Source of the DNA: Synechococcus sp. A15-28
Lineage (GTDB): Bacteria > Cyanobacteriota > Cyanobacteriia > PCC-6307 > Cyanobiaceae
Direction of reading: 5' to 3'
NCBI RefSeq assembly: GCF_014280175.1
Contig: NZ_CP047931.1
Location: 720,001-752,000, forward strand
DNA: 32,000 nucleotides
Made by a program: the position numbers and the translations under genes. Shown here one piece after another: positions 19,272 through 26,728 of this stretch. Numbering within the stretch: the stretch's first letter is position 1; the number at the start of each line of letters is the position of its first letter. The notes beneath the pieces are model-generated. The model worked only from the letters and a program-made list of their open reading frames with translations. It ran no database searches and was not told where the DNA came from.

Positions 19272-19925
19272 TCAGCTCAGCAGGCCCTGAAGCAGGACGC
19301 GACCATCGGTCCCGCCGGTGGCAGGGTCGCAGGCCCGCTCCGGATGGGGCATCAGCCCCAGCACATTGCCGGCGTCGTTGGTGATGCCGGCGATGTCCCC
19401 AACAGAGCCATTCGGATTGTGTTGATAGCGAAGGGCGATGGCATCGCCATCCTGCAGTTGCTTGAAGGTGTCCTCCGAGCATTGATAGCGGCCTTCTCCG
19501 TGGGCAATCGGCAGCGTGAGCGCTGTGTCTGTTCCGTAGTGCTGCAGCCAGGGTGTGCGGGAGCTGGCCACCTGAAGCGGTGCGTCCTCACAGATGAAAT
19601 GAAGATCCCGGTTGCGGGTCAGGGCCCCCGGCAGCAGTCCCAGCTCGGTCAGCACCTGGAAGCCGTTGCAGATTCCCAGGATCCGTCCCCCTGCTGCCGC
19701 GAAGCCGATCAGCGCCTGAAGGGCTGGGGCGAAGCGGGCAATCGCACCGCAGCGGAGATAGTCCCCATAGCTGAAGCCCCCGGGCAGCACCACGGCATCA
19801 AGGCCGCTCAGATCCGTTTCCTCATGCCAGATCCTCCGGGTGGGCATGCCGAGGCATCCTTCTGTCGCCCACTGCACATCGCGGTCGCAGTTGGAGCCGG
19901 GAAAGACAAGGACGCCGATGCTCAT
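19272..19925 (-). CDS. purQ: Phosphoribosylformylglycinamidine synthase, glutaminase subunit
   Basis: [13 protein letters not shown], catalytic Cys in GICNGFQ and MPHPERA near the C-terminus. Confidence 0.95.
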   Translation of the reverse strand: MSIGVLVFPGSNCDRDVQWATEGCLGMPTRRIWHEETDLSGLDAVVLPGGFSYGDYLRCGAIARFAPALQALIGFAAAGGRILGICNGFQVLTELGLLPGALTRNRDLHFICEDAPLQVASSRTPWLQHYGTDTALTLPIAHGEGRYQCSEDTFKQLQDGDAIALRYQHNPNGSVGDIAGITNDAGNVLGLMPHPERACDPATGGTDGRVLLQGLLS

Positions 19926-20176
19926 GAGTCCTGCAGCTCCAAAGACCAGTCTTCAATCACTGGATTGGCCAGAAGGCGGTCGCTCAGCAATTCCAGCCGG
20001 CGGCGCGCTTCTTCGGCATCAGGGGCGTCCAGTTCCAACTCGACGGCCTTTCCGATCCGCAGCTTGCTGATGCCCTCCACCCCCAGGCGCTCAGCGGCTC
20101 CGCGGGTGGCTTCACCAGCAGGATCGAGCACCGAGGGGCGCAGGCGCACAAGGACGCGGGCTTGGTAACGCGGCAC
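19922..20176 (-). CDS. purS: Phosphoribosylformylglycinamidine synthase subunit PurS
   Basis: 84-aa [21 protein letters not shown]..., directly upstream of purQ with a 4-nt overlap. Confidence 0.9.
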   Translation of the reverse strand: MPRYQARVLVRLRPSVLDPAGEATRGAAERLGVEGISKLRIGKAVELELDAPDAEEARRRLELLSDRLLANPVIEDWSLELQDS

Positions 20177-20281
20177 GGTGACCAGCAGGGCTGCTCAAAT
20201 CCTGCCAGACCGTTCCGGATCAAGAATCAGAACACCGGATTCGGTGCAGGCCACACTTGTTACAAGACGCGTGTTTCGGCG

Positions 20282-20593
20282 ATGTCGGTGTTCACCGTTC
20301 CATGCTCCAGTTGTGGTGCGGCTGTGGAGATTCCGGGTCGCCTCGGCTTCAAATTGAAAAGTTCCGGTGCCGGCAGGCTGCTCTGCCGACGATGCCGGCA
20401 GAGCAGCTTTCTGAAGGTGAGGCGGCAGCAACTGGCTCGCGACGTTGGCAATCAGACCCTGCTTCAACGGTCTGTCCCCTGGGCAGCCGTGCTGATCAGC
20501 CTGGCCCTGACGGCGGGCCTGGTGTGGTGGCACCAGGCTCATTCGAATCATCCTCAGGATGCTTTGCCTGAAAGGGTGTCGCCTTCGAGGTAA
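20282..20593 (+). CDS. Small zinc-ribbon membrane protein (hypothetical)
   Basis: The 103-aa product from ATG 20282 has CSSC-x24-CRRC plus one TM helix (VPWAAVLISLALTAGLVWW). It contains a strong palindromic element (see findings) and its 3' end overlaps mscS by 40 nt, so coding status is uncertain. Confidence 0.4.
   Translation: MSVFTVPCSSCGAAVEIPGRLGFKLKSSGAGRLLCRRCRQSSFLKVRRQQLARDVGNQTLLQRSVPWAAVLISLALTAGLVWWHQAHSNHPQDALPERVSPSR
20368..20407. other. Perfect 12-bp stem hairpin plus duplicated 8-bp palindrome TGCCGGCA
   Basis: GCTGCTCTGCCG (20377-20388), loop ACGATGC, CGGCAGAGCAGC (20396-20407), followed by TTTC. TGCCGGCAG occurs twice (20368-20376 and 20393-20401). Confidence 0.6.
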
Positions 20594-21618
20594 AGGGTCT
20601 GGCTCGGGAAGGCAAACTCGATGCCCTGCTGCGCGAAGGCTTCCATAATCCCCAGATTGATGGCCTGCTGCGCATTCAGAGCCGTGGTGTAATCCCTTGT
20701 ATTGATGTAATACACAAGCTCAAAATTGAGACTGGAGTCGCCGAATTCGGTGAAGTGGCAGCGGCTGAAATTTGTGTTGTCAACCCCATTGATCACCTCT
20801 TCAATCATGGATGGGATGGCTTTCATCTGATCCACTGTGGTGTCGTAAGTGACGCCGAGTGAGTAGATCATTCGCCGGCTGCTCATGTCGGCGAAATTCA
20901 GGATTGTCGTGTTGGTCAGCGCTGAGTTGTTCATGACCACGATTTCCCCTCTCAAACTGCGCAGATGTGTCGAGCGGACGCCGATGCGTTCCACCGTGGC
21001 CCAGGTGGAACCCGCATTGATGAACTGACCTACCGTGAACGGCTTGTCCAGCAGGATCATCAGATAGGCGAACAATTCCTGGGCAGGATCTTTCAGGGCC
21101 AAGCCAATACCGATGCCACCAGCACTGAGCAGTGCCCAGATGGCGGCAAGTTTGACACCAAGGCTCTGAAAGAGCACCAGCGCACCGATCATCCAGACCA
21201 ATGCCTTGATGAGGGGCTTCAGGCTGATGAACAGTTGCTGGAGGTCATCTCCTGCCCGCTGGGAAATGCCCTCGATAAAGCGAAGTCCAACCCGATTGGC
21301 AAAACGGACGAGCACGACCGTGCCAAAGATTCGCAACAGAACGTCGTAGGCCCGTTTGATGTCATTGGGTAGGCCGAGGTCGTCCTGGACCAGGATGAGA
21401 ACAACAATGATTCCGAACGGAAGAACGGAATCAGAGAGTGCACGAAGGACGAAATCATCGAAATCGCCAGGCGTTTTTCGAGTGAACCTCGGGAAGACGT
21501 TTCGCAGCAGAAAAGACACCACCAGGGTGATAGCGAACCCAACCAGAACGTGGATTAGAAGATTAGTCAGGTTCAAGCCAGACTCGAAAACTTTGGGTGA
21601 TTCTGTGGGACGTGCCAA
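20554..21618 (-). CDS. Mechanosensitive ion channel, MscS family
   Basis: N-terminal TM helices and the MscS beta-domain motif DKPFTVGQFINAGSTWATVERIGVRSTHLRSLRGEIVVMNNSAL. Visibly lower G+C than its neighbours. Confidence 0.85.
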   Translation of the reverse strand: MARPTESPKVFESGLNLTNLLIHVLVGFAITLVVSFLLRNVFPRFTRKTPGDFDDFVLRALSDSVLPFGIIVVLILVQDDLGLPNDIKRAYDVLLRIFGTVVLVRFANRVGLRFIEGISQRAGDDLQQLFISLKPLIKALVWMIGALVLFQSLGVKLAAIWALLSAGGIGIGLALKDPAQELFAYLMILLDKPFTVGQFINAGSTWATVERIGVRSTHLRSLRGEIVVMNNSALTNTTILNFADMSSRRMIYSLGVTYDTTVDQMKAIPSMIEEVINGVDNTNFSRCHFTEFGDSSLNFELVYYINTRDYTTALNAQQAINLGIMEAFAQQGIEFAFPSQTLYLEGDTLSGKAS

Positions 21619-21633
21619 GGATTGGCAACATCC

Positions 21634-22251
21634 TCAGCTTCTTTTGAGCACCAGAGTGTTGTTGTTTGCAGGCATCTCATGACAGCCGATGGTGTCCATG
21701 GGGAGAGGTCCCAGCAGGGAGTCAATCCATTGCAGATCCCGCAGCCCCCAGAGGGGGTTGCGTTGTCGTAACGAGACGTCGAAGGCGGCATTGCTGGCAC
21801 TGGTCTGACGCCCGTTGCGGCAAAACGGTCCGTAGATGATCAGCAATCCATCCTCCGGGAGCCGCTCGCAGGCTTCCATTAAGAGCGCTTCCGTGCAGGT
21901 GGGTGGGCTGATGTGCAGCAGATTGATGCACACCATGGTCTTCAGATCGTCAGTGACATGGCTGGGGAGGCTCCATGGTCGTTGCTCGACATCCAGTTCA
22001 AGGGCATGGGGCATGACGTGATCCAATCCGGCATGGCGGATCCAGCTGTTGATGCTGGCGCGGTGATCGGGGTTTGGATCGCTTGCCTGCCAACGCAGTC
22101 CTGGGAAGCGTTGCTGGAACGCCACCGCATGTTCCCCGCTGCCGCTCGCAAGTTCGAGCACTACCCCACGCGCCGGCAGCATCCTTTCGAGCAGATCCCC
22201 GATCGGCTCTCGGTTGCGCTCCGTGGCAGGGAAGAACAAGCGCTGATCCAT
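21634..22251 (-). CDS. DUF938 (METTL26-like) class I SAM-dependent methyltransferase
   Basis: FFPATERNREPIGDLL... N-terminus and SAM motif I VLELASGSGEH, in a ~205-aa protein. Matches my memory of the DUF938 family. Lies 9 nt downstream of arsR. Confidence 0.7.
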   Translation of the reverse strand: MDQRLFFPATERNREPIGDLLERMLPARGVVLELASGSGEHAVAFQQRFPGLRWQASDPNPDHRASINSWIRHAGLDHVMPHALELDVEQRPWSLPSHVTDDLKTMVCINLLHISPPTCTEALLMEACERLPEDGLLIIYGPFCRNGRQTSASNAAFDVSLRQRNPLWGLRDLQWIDSLLGPLPMDTIGCHEMPANNNTLVLKRS

Positions 22252-22260
22252 GGATACGGC

Positions 22261-22578
22261 TCACTCGGAACAGGGTGAAGCTGGTTGCGTGCAGCAACCG
22301 CGCAGGTTGGCCAGCCACTGTTCGAGTGCGGACAGGGCATGGGGTTCCAACCGGTAATAGATCCAGCGACCGCTTTGGCGATCTGCCAGCAGCCCCGCCT
22401 CGCGCAGCACCCTGAGGTGAAAGGAGAGCTTGGATTGGGAGAGGTTGAGATCTGTGGTCAGATCACACACGCAGCGTTCCCCATTCGCCAGAGCATGGAT
22501 CACCTCGAGGCGAATCGGGTCGGCCAAGGCCTTGAGCATTTGCCTGGACTGGTCGGTGCTGAGGGTGTTCTGAATCAC
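22261..22578 (-). CDS. arsR: ArsR/SmtB-family metalloregulator
   Basis: [26 protein letters not shown]...[18 protein letters not shown]...WIYYRL: winged HTH with the CVCD metalloid motif. C-terminal CC-x6-C. GTG start. Confidence 0.85.
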   Translation of the reverse strand: MIQNTLSTDQSRQMLKALADPIRLEVIHALANGERCVCDLTTDLNLSQSKLSFHLRVLREAGLLADRQSGRWIYYRLEPHALSALEQWLANLRGCCTQPASPCSE

Positions 22579-22600
22579 AGGAGCTGCTTCCCTCGACCTG

Positions 22601-22627
22601 TTTGGATCAACATAATTTGATTGATTG
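22601..22627. promoter_or_regulatory. Candidate ArsR operator / promoter core in the arsR-gap divergent region
   Basis: ATCAA-CATAAT-TTGAT inverted repeat (22606-22621) encloses a -10-like CATAAT and runs into TTGATTGATTG. It sits in the 59-nt gap between arsR (22578) and gap (22638). Confidence 0.35.
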
Positions 22628-22637
22628 CGAGGCAGCC

Positions 22638-23660
22638 ATGCGGATTGGCATCAACGGCTTTGGACGGATTGGTCGTCTGGTGTTCAGGGCCCTCTGGGGC
22701 AGACCTGGCATCGAACTGGTGCACGTCAATGATCCCGCGGGCGACGCGGCCACGGCGGCCCACCTGTTGGAGTTCGATTCCGTCCACGGTCGCTGGGATC
22801 GAAGCATCACCAGCAGCGCCGATGGATTCAGCGTTGAGGGATCCCAGCTCACCTGGTCCAGTCAAAAGGATCCCACCGCTGTGCCCTGGACCGATCGGGG
22901 TGTGGAGATGGTGCTCGAGGCCAGCGGCAAGATCAAGACGCCGGAAACCCTCAATCCCTATTTCGATCAGCTGGGCCTCAAGCGGGTGGTGGTGGCCTGT
23001 CCCGTGAAGGGTGAGGTGGCTGGTGAAGAGGCCCTCAACATCGTCTACGGCATCAACCATCACCTGTATGAGCCGGCGCGGCACAAGTTGGTGACAGCCG
23101 CTTCATGCACCACCAACTGCCTGGCACCGGTGGTGAAGGTGGTGCACGAGAGCTTCGGCATTGAGCACGGAATGATCACCACCATTCACGACATCACCAA
23201 CACCCAGGTGCCGATCGATGCCTTCAAGAGTGATCTGCGCCGAGCCCGTTCCGGACTCACCTCACTGATCCCAACCACCACCGGCTCGGCCAAGGCAATC
23301 GCGATGATTTTCCCTGAGCTTAAGGGCAAGCTCAATGGTCATGCCGTACGCGTGCCTCTGTTGAACGGCTCTCTCACCGATGCCGTGTTCGAGCTCAATC
23401 AAAGCGTCACGGTGGAACAGGTGAATGCTGCGTTCAAGGCCGCTTCAGAGGGGCCGTTAAAAGGAATCCTGGGCTATGAAGAGCGCCCGTTGGTGTCCTG
23501 CGATTACACCAACGACAACCGCAGCTCGATCATCGATGCCCTGTCGACGATGGTCGTGGATGACAACCAGCTGAAGGTGTTCGCCTGGTACGACAACGAG
23601 TGGGGCTACAGCTGCCGCATGGCAGATATCACCTGCCACGTGGTGGGGCTGGACGCGTGA
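22638..23660 (+). CDS. gap: Glyceraldehyde-3-phosphate dehydrogenase, ArsJ-associated type
   Basis: [13 protein letters not shown], catalytic [10 protein letters not shown] and WYDNEWGYS motifs. Immediately followed by and overlapping arsJ. Confidence 0.9.
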   Translation: MRIGINGFGRIGRLVFRALWGRPGIELVHVNDPAGDAATAAHLLEFDSVHGRWDRSITSSADGFSVEGSQLTWSSQKDPTAVPWTDRGVEMVLEASGKIKTPETLNPYFDQLGLKRVVVACPVKGEVAGEEALNIVYGINHHLYEPARHKLVTAASCTTNCLAPVVKVVHESFGIEHGMITTIHDITNTQVPIDAFKSDLRRARSGLTSLIPTTTGSAKAIAMIFPELKGKLNGHAVRVPLLNGSLTDAVFELNQSVTVEQVNAAFKAASEGPLKGILGYEERPLVSCDYTNDNRSSIIDALSTMVVDDNQLKVFAWYDNEWGYSCRMADITCHVVGLDA

Positions 23661-24910
23661 AGCTCTCCGCTCTTCAGCAGTACGGCATCGTCACCGCCAA
23701 CTACTGGGCGTTCACGCTCACCGATGGTGCCCTGCGAATGCTGGTGGTGTTCCATTTCCACCAACTCGGCTACACCACCCTCGAGATTGCATTCCTTTTT
23801 CTCTTCTACGAATTCTTCGGGGTGGTCACCAACCTCTACGGGGGGTGGATCGGTGCGCGCTACGGCCTCCGGCTCACCCTCTGGGTGGGCACGTTGCTGC
23901 AGATCCTGTCGCTGGTGATGCTGATTCCTGTCGCAGCCAGCTGGCCGAAGCTGCTGAGCGTGGTTTACGTGATGGTGGCCCAGGCCATCAGTGGGATCGC
24001 CAAGGACCTCAACAAGATGAGTGCCAAGAGCGCTATCAAGACGGTGGTGCCGGAAACGCCAGACGATGAACAGCAGGGTCAGAAACAGCTGTTCAAATGG
24101 GTGGCGATCCTCACCGGATCGAAGAACGCGCTCAAGGGCGTCGGCTTCTTCCTGGGCGGTGTTCTGCTGACGCTGTTTGGATTCAATGCGGCCGTGGGCT
24201 GGATGGCTGCCGGTCTTGCCCTGGCCTTCCTGCTGACACTGGTGCTGCCGGGTGAGATCGGAAAAATGAAGTCCAAGCCGGCTTTCTCATCCCTGTTCTC
24301 CAAGTCCGAGGGCATCAACAAACTCTCTCTGGCCCGCTTCTTCCTGTTCGGTGCCCGTGATGTCTGGTTCGTGGTGGCACTACCTGTGTTCCTGGAGGCT
24401 TCCCTGGGCTGGAACTTCGAGCAGGTGGGTGCCTTCATGGGCACCTGGGTCATCGGTTACGGCATCGTGCAGGGGTCGGCTCCTGCCCTGCGACGACTCT
24501 GGGGGCAGACCTCTTCACCTGGGGTCGCGGCCGTGCAGTTCTGGAGTGCTCTGCTCACCGCCATTCCCGCTTTGATCGGAGTCGCGCTCTGGCGTGATGC
24601 CAACGTTGCCATTGCCATTACCGCTGGCTTGGCGGCATTCGGGGTGGTGTTCGCGATGAACTCCTCCATCCACTCCTACATGGTGCTTGCCTACACCGAT
24701 GCCGAGAGTGTCAGCCTCAACGTGGGTTTCTATTACATGGCCAACGCTGCGGGACGTCTGATCGGGACCCTGCTGTCGGGGGCAGTGTTCATGCTCGGTC
24801 GCACCGAATCCGGTGGCATGCAGGCTTGCCTGTGGACATCGTCACTGCTTGTGCTGTTGGCCTGGTTGAGCAGCCTGCGGCTTCCTGCTCCCCTGAGGAC
24901 TGTCTCTTGA
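23657..24910 (+). CDS. arsJ: Organoarsenical (1-arseno-3-phosphoglycerate) efflux MFS permease ArsJ-like
   Basis: Polytopic MFS protein. The N-terminal [49 protein letters not shown] matches my memory of ArsJ. GTG 23657 overlaps the gap stop (GTGA). Confidence 0.75.
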   Translation: MKLSALQQYGIVTANYWAFTLTDGALRMLVVFHFHQLGYTTLEIAFLFLFYEFFGVVTNLYGGWIGARYGLRLTLWVGTLLQILSLVMLIPVAASWPKLLSVVYVMVAQAISGIAKDLNKMSAKSAIKTVVPETPDDEQQGQKQLFKWVAILTGSKNALKGVGFFLGGVLLTLFGFNAAVGWMAAGLALAFLLTLVLPGEIGKMKSKPAFSSLFSKSEGINKLSLARFFLFGARDVWFVVALPVFLEASLGWNFEQVGAFMGTWVIGYGIVQGSAPALRRLWGQTSSPGVAAVQFWSALLTAIPALIGVALWRDANVAIAITAGLAAFGVVFAMNSSIHSYMVLAYTDAESVSLNVGFYYMANAAGRLIGTLLSGAVFMLGRTESGGMQACLWTSSLLVLLAWLSSLRLPAPLRTVS

Positions 24911-25404
24911 AACGGTCCATCGCAGCTGCTTGCTTTTACAGTCTGCTGCTGCAGTGCCCTGCCTTGGCCCAGGAAAGAGCGAAGGTTCTGAGTGTGCATA
25001 ACGGACAGCAGCTGTTGATTGAAATCAACGGTCAGGGCCGAACGCTTCGTTTGGCATGCTTGCAAGCCCCCCGCAGCCAACAGCAGCCTTGGTCTTCTCA
25101 GGCTTTTGCGGTCATGCAGGAGCTGGTTCGTCCTGGGGTTGAGGGTGGTTTTGAACTCAGGGCGAGGGATGTTTACGGTCGTCTTGTGGATCGTTTCTTG
25201 ATCAACGGTCGGGACCTTGGTGCCGACCTGGTCCAACGCGGCGCGGTGTTCGCCTGGGATGGGTTCTTGGGCCGATGTGATGACCTTGCCTACGACACCA
25301 TCGAGGCCGAGGCCAGAGCATCTCGACGAGGTGTTTGGTCTGCGCCAAAAGGGCTGCAGCGGCCTTGGGACCTGATGGAAGATTCAAACGACGGAGAGCC
25401 TTGA
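24907..25404 (+). CDS. Secreted staphylococcal-nuclease (SNase/thermonuclease) fold protein with substituted active site
   Basis: Signal-like [20 protein letters not shown], then SNase-like blocks TLRLACLQAPR, DVYGRLV, LVQRGAV and RRGVWS. The proposed TTG start overlaps the arsJ stop (TTGA). An alternative in-frame ATG lies at 24826. Confidence 0.65.
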   Translation: MKRSIAAACFYSLLLQCPALAQERAKVLSVHNGQQLLIEINGQGRTLRLACLQAPRSQQQPWSSQAFAVMQELVRPGVEGGFELRARDVYGRLVDRFLINGRDLGADLVQRGAVFAWDGFLGRCDDLAYDTIEAEARASRRGVWSAPKGLQRPWDLMEDSNDGEP

Positions 25405-25706
25405 GATCCGTGAGTGAAGGCTGAGGAATTTCGAATCAGTTGCGATCTGCCGTCTCTTGATTGATGCCAAGCGATCCTTGAAGGATGTTCGGAAGACGTT
25501 GGCGGCGGTTCACAATCAGTTGGAAGGGATGCATGATCTGAAGCGAGCCGGCCGTGCCGGTATGTCCTCCCGATCCTCGTCCTCGTGTTCGAAAACGATC
25601 GACGTCCTGGCTGGTTGAACTGGTTGTTCCTGGCGATGTTCCTCTGGTCGTCCTGGCAACTGGTGGGGTTCTGGGCGCAGCAGCTTCATCGCTGAGCCCA
25701 GCTGGA

Positions 25707-25958
25707 TCAGGCGAAGCTCACCAGACGGATCGTGCCCCAGAGGTCGAACACGCAGAAGATCAGTCCAATCACGATGATGTCCCAGGCGCGATGACGGATC
25801 GCCCAAGGGGCCAGGAACAGTTCGGCAATGCCATGAAGTGCTGTGCCAAGAGCAATGTGCTCCAGCACAAGCAAGCCATGGGCGAGCAGGAATAAACCGC
25901 TGGCCACACACCGCATCAGAACTTGCCAGTTTCCAAGCAAAATCTTGTTTTCTGGCAT
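25707..25958 (-). CDS. Small three-TM membrane protein (hypothetical)
   Basis: The 83-aa ORF has three clear hydrophobic helices. Preferred over the overlapping 149-aa R/W/P-rich ORF in another frame. Confidence 0.5.
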   Translation of the reverse strand: MPENKILLGNWQVLMRCVASGLFLLAHGLLVLEHIALGTALHGIAELFLAPWAIRHRAWDIIVIGLIFCVFDLWGTIRLVSFA

Positions 25959-26013
25959 TGGTCAAGAAGATTACGTGGGTTGCGCTCGCGGCTCAAGGGC
26001 TGAACGGGCCACA

Positions 26014-26033
26014 ATGTAACAACTCTGTTACAT
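26014..26033. promoter_or_regulatory. Candidate operator: ATGTAAC-N6-GTTACAT inverted repeat
   Basis: Perfect 7-bp arms (26014-26020 / 26027-26033), 8 nt upstream of ATG 26042, in the divergent region shared with the 25958 minus-strand gene. Confidence 0.3.
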
Positions 26034-26041
26034 CTCTTCTC

Positions 26042-26230
26042 ATGACCCTCGGCGAAGTTCTCCTCACCTCCCTGAGCAGTGGTGTGATCACTCAGGACGA
26101 GGTCGACTGGGTGGCCTCCCATCAGCACCGCTTCAGTCGGGAGGAGGTGGCCTCGGCACTCCGCCTCGGTCGGCTCATCGATACCGGCAACGTTAATCTG
26201 GGGTGCCGCCTGCCCGCATCCTTGAATTGA
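26042..26230 (+). CDS. Small hypothetical protein (62 aa)
   Basis: Strong G/C third-position bias. MTLGEVLLTSLSSGVITQDEVDWVASHQHRFSREEVASALRLGRLIDTGNVNLGCRL looks like a small conserved cyanobacterial protein, but I cannot name a family. Confidence 0.5.
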   Translation: MTLGEVLLTSLSSGVITQDEVDWVASHQHRFSREEVASALRLGRLIDTGNVNLGCRLPASLN

Positions 26231-26245
26231 CGGCAAACTGGCCCC

Positions 26246-26473
26246 ATGCGCAAAGAACGCTGCTGGGTCTGGTTCCGTGGCGGTCTGAATGAAGCCAGCC
26301 GCTGGGTTGGTGGATTTCAGGCCACCACGGACGCTGAGCCAGGAGTTCTGATTCAGCATCCGGGCTATCGGGACGCTCGCGTGCCCTCATGGCGTGTGAC
26401 CACCAGTGAGCCTGCTGATCTGAACTCTCCTCCTGCTGGTCTGGATGAATCCGGACCGTGGCAGTTCTTCTGA
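26246..26473 (+). CDS. Small hypothetical protein (75 aa)
   Basis: ATG-initiated ORF 15 nt after the previous stop. Moderate codon bias. No recognisable motif. Confidence 0.35.
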   Translation: MRKERCWVWFRGGLNEASRWVGGFQATTDAEPGVLIQHPGYRDARVPSWRVTTSEPADLNSPPAGLDESGPWQFF

Positions 26474-26491
26474 TCCACGCCATCAAGCAAA

Positions 26492-26713
26492 ATGGTGATG
26501 AGTTCATGGCTGGGCCCTGTGGCAACTGCTGCTGAGAAGAAAGACATCGTCAAGAAGCGCCTGCAGGAGCTGCGCAACATGTGTCGCGACCACTACGCGG
26601 TGGTGGCAGAGGAAAGCACGATGCCTGACCCGGCTGATGTGCGGGCCACAAATGCAAAACTCCAGGAGCTGATGGATCTCTTGGACGGGAAAGCCAAGTG
26701 GGACGACGCCTGA
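26492..26713 (+). CDS. Small hypothetical helical protein (73 aa)
   Basis: ATG ORF with coding-like composition and charged helical segments (KKDIVKKRLQELRNMCRDHY, NAKLQELMDLLDGKAKW). Confidence 0.45.
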   Translation: MVMSSWLGPVATAAEKKDIVKKRLQELRNMCRDHYAVVAEESTMPDPADVRATNAKLQELMDLLDGKAKWDDA

Positions 26714-26728
26714 AAAAACGGGTTGCAG

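Noticed and set aside
19032-20168. 378-aa ORF antisense to purQ, purS and the LD-carboxypeptidase 5' end
   Set aside because: It spans three well-supported minus-strand genes, and its A/R/G/S-rich translation has no motifs. Shadow ORF.
25420-25440. TTCGAATC-like string suggesting a tRNA T-arm, and a similar one near 20543
   Set aside because: No acceptor stem, anticodon arm or cloverleaf can be drawn around either. No tRNA is called.
25516-25965. 149-aa minus-strand ORF overlapping the 83-aa membrane-protein ORF
   Set aside because: The W/R/H/C-rich translation is without motifs. The alternative frame gives a clean three-helix membrane protein. The 57-aa C-terminal part (from ATG 25689) is kept only as a remote possibility under the unassigned-region finding.
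26014-26033. Reading the ATGTAAC-N6-GTTACAT palindrome as an NtcA site (GTA-N8-TAC) or a LexA box
   Set aside because: The GTA...TAC spacing here is N10, not N8. The arms do not fit the cyanobacterial LexA consensus as I remember it. It is kept only as a generic operator candidate.
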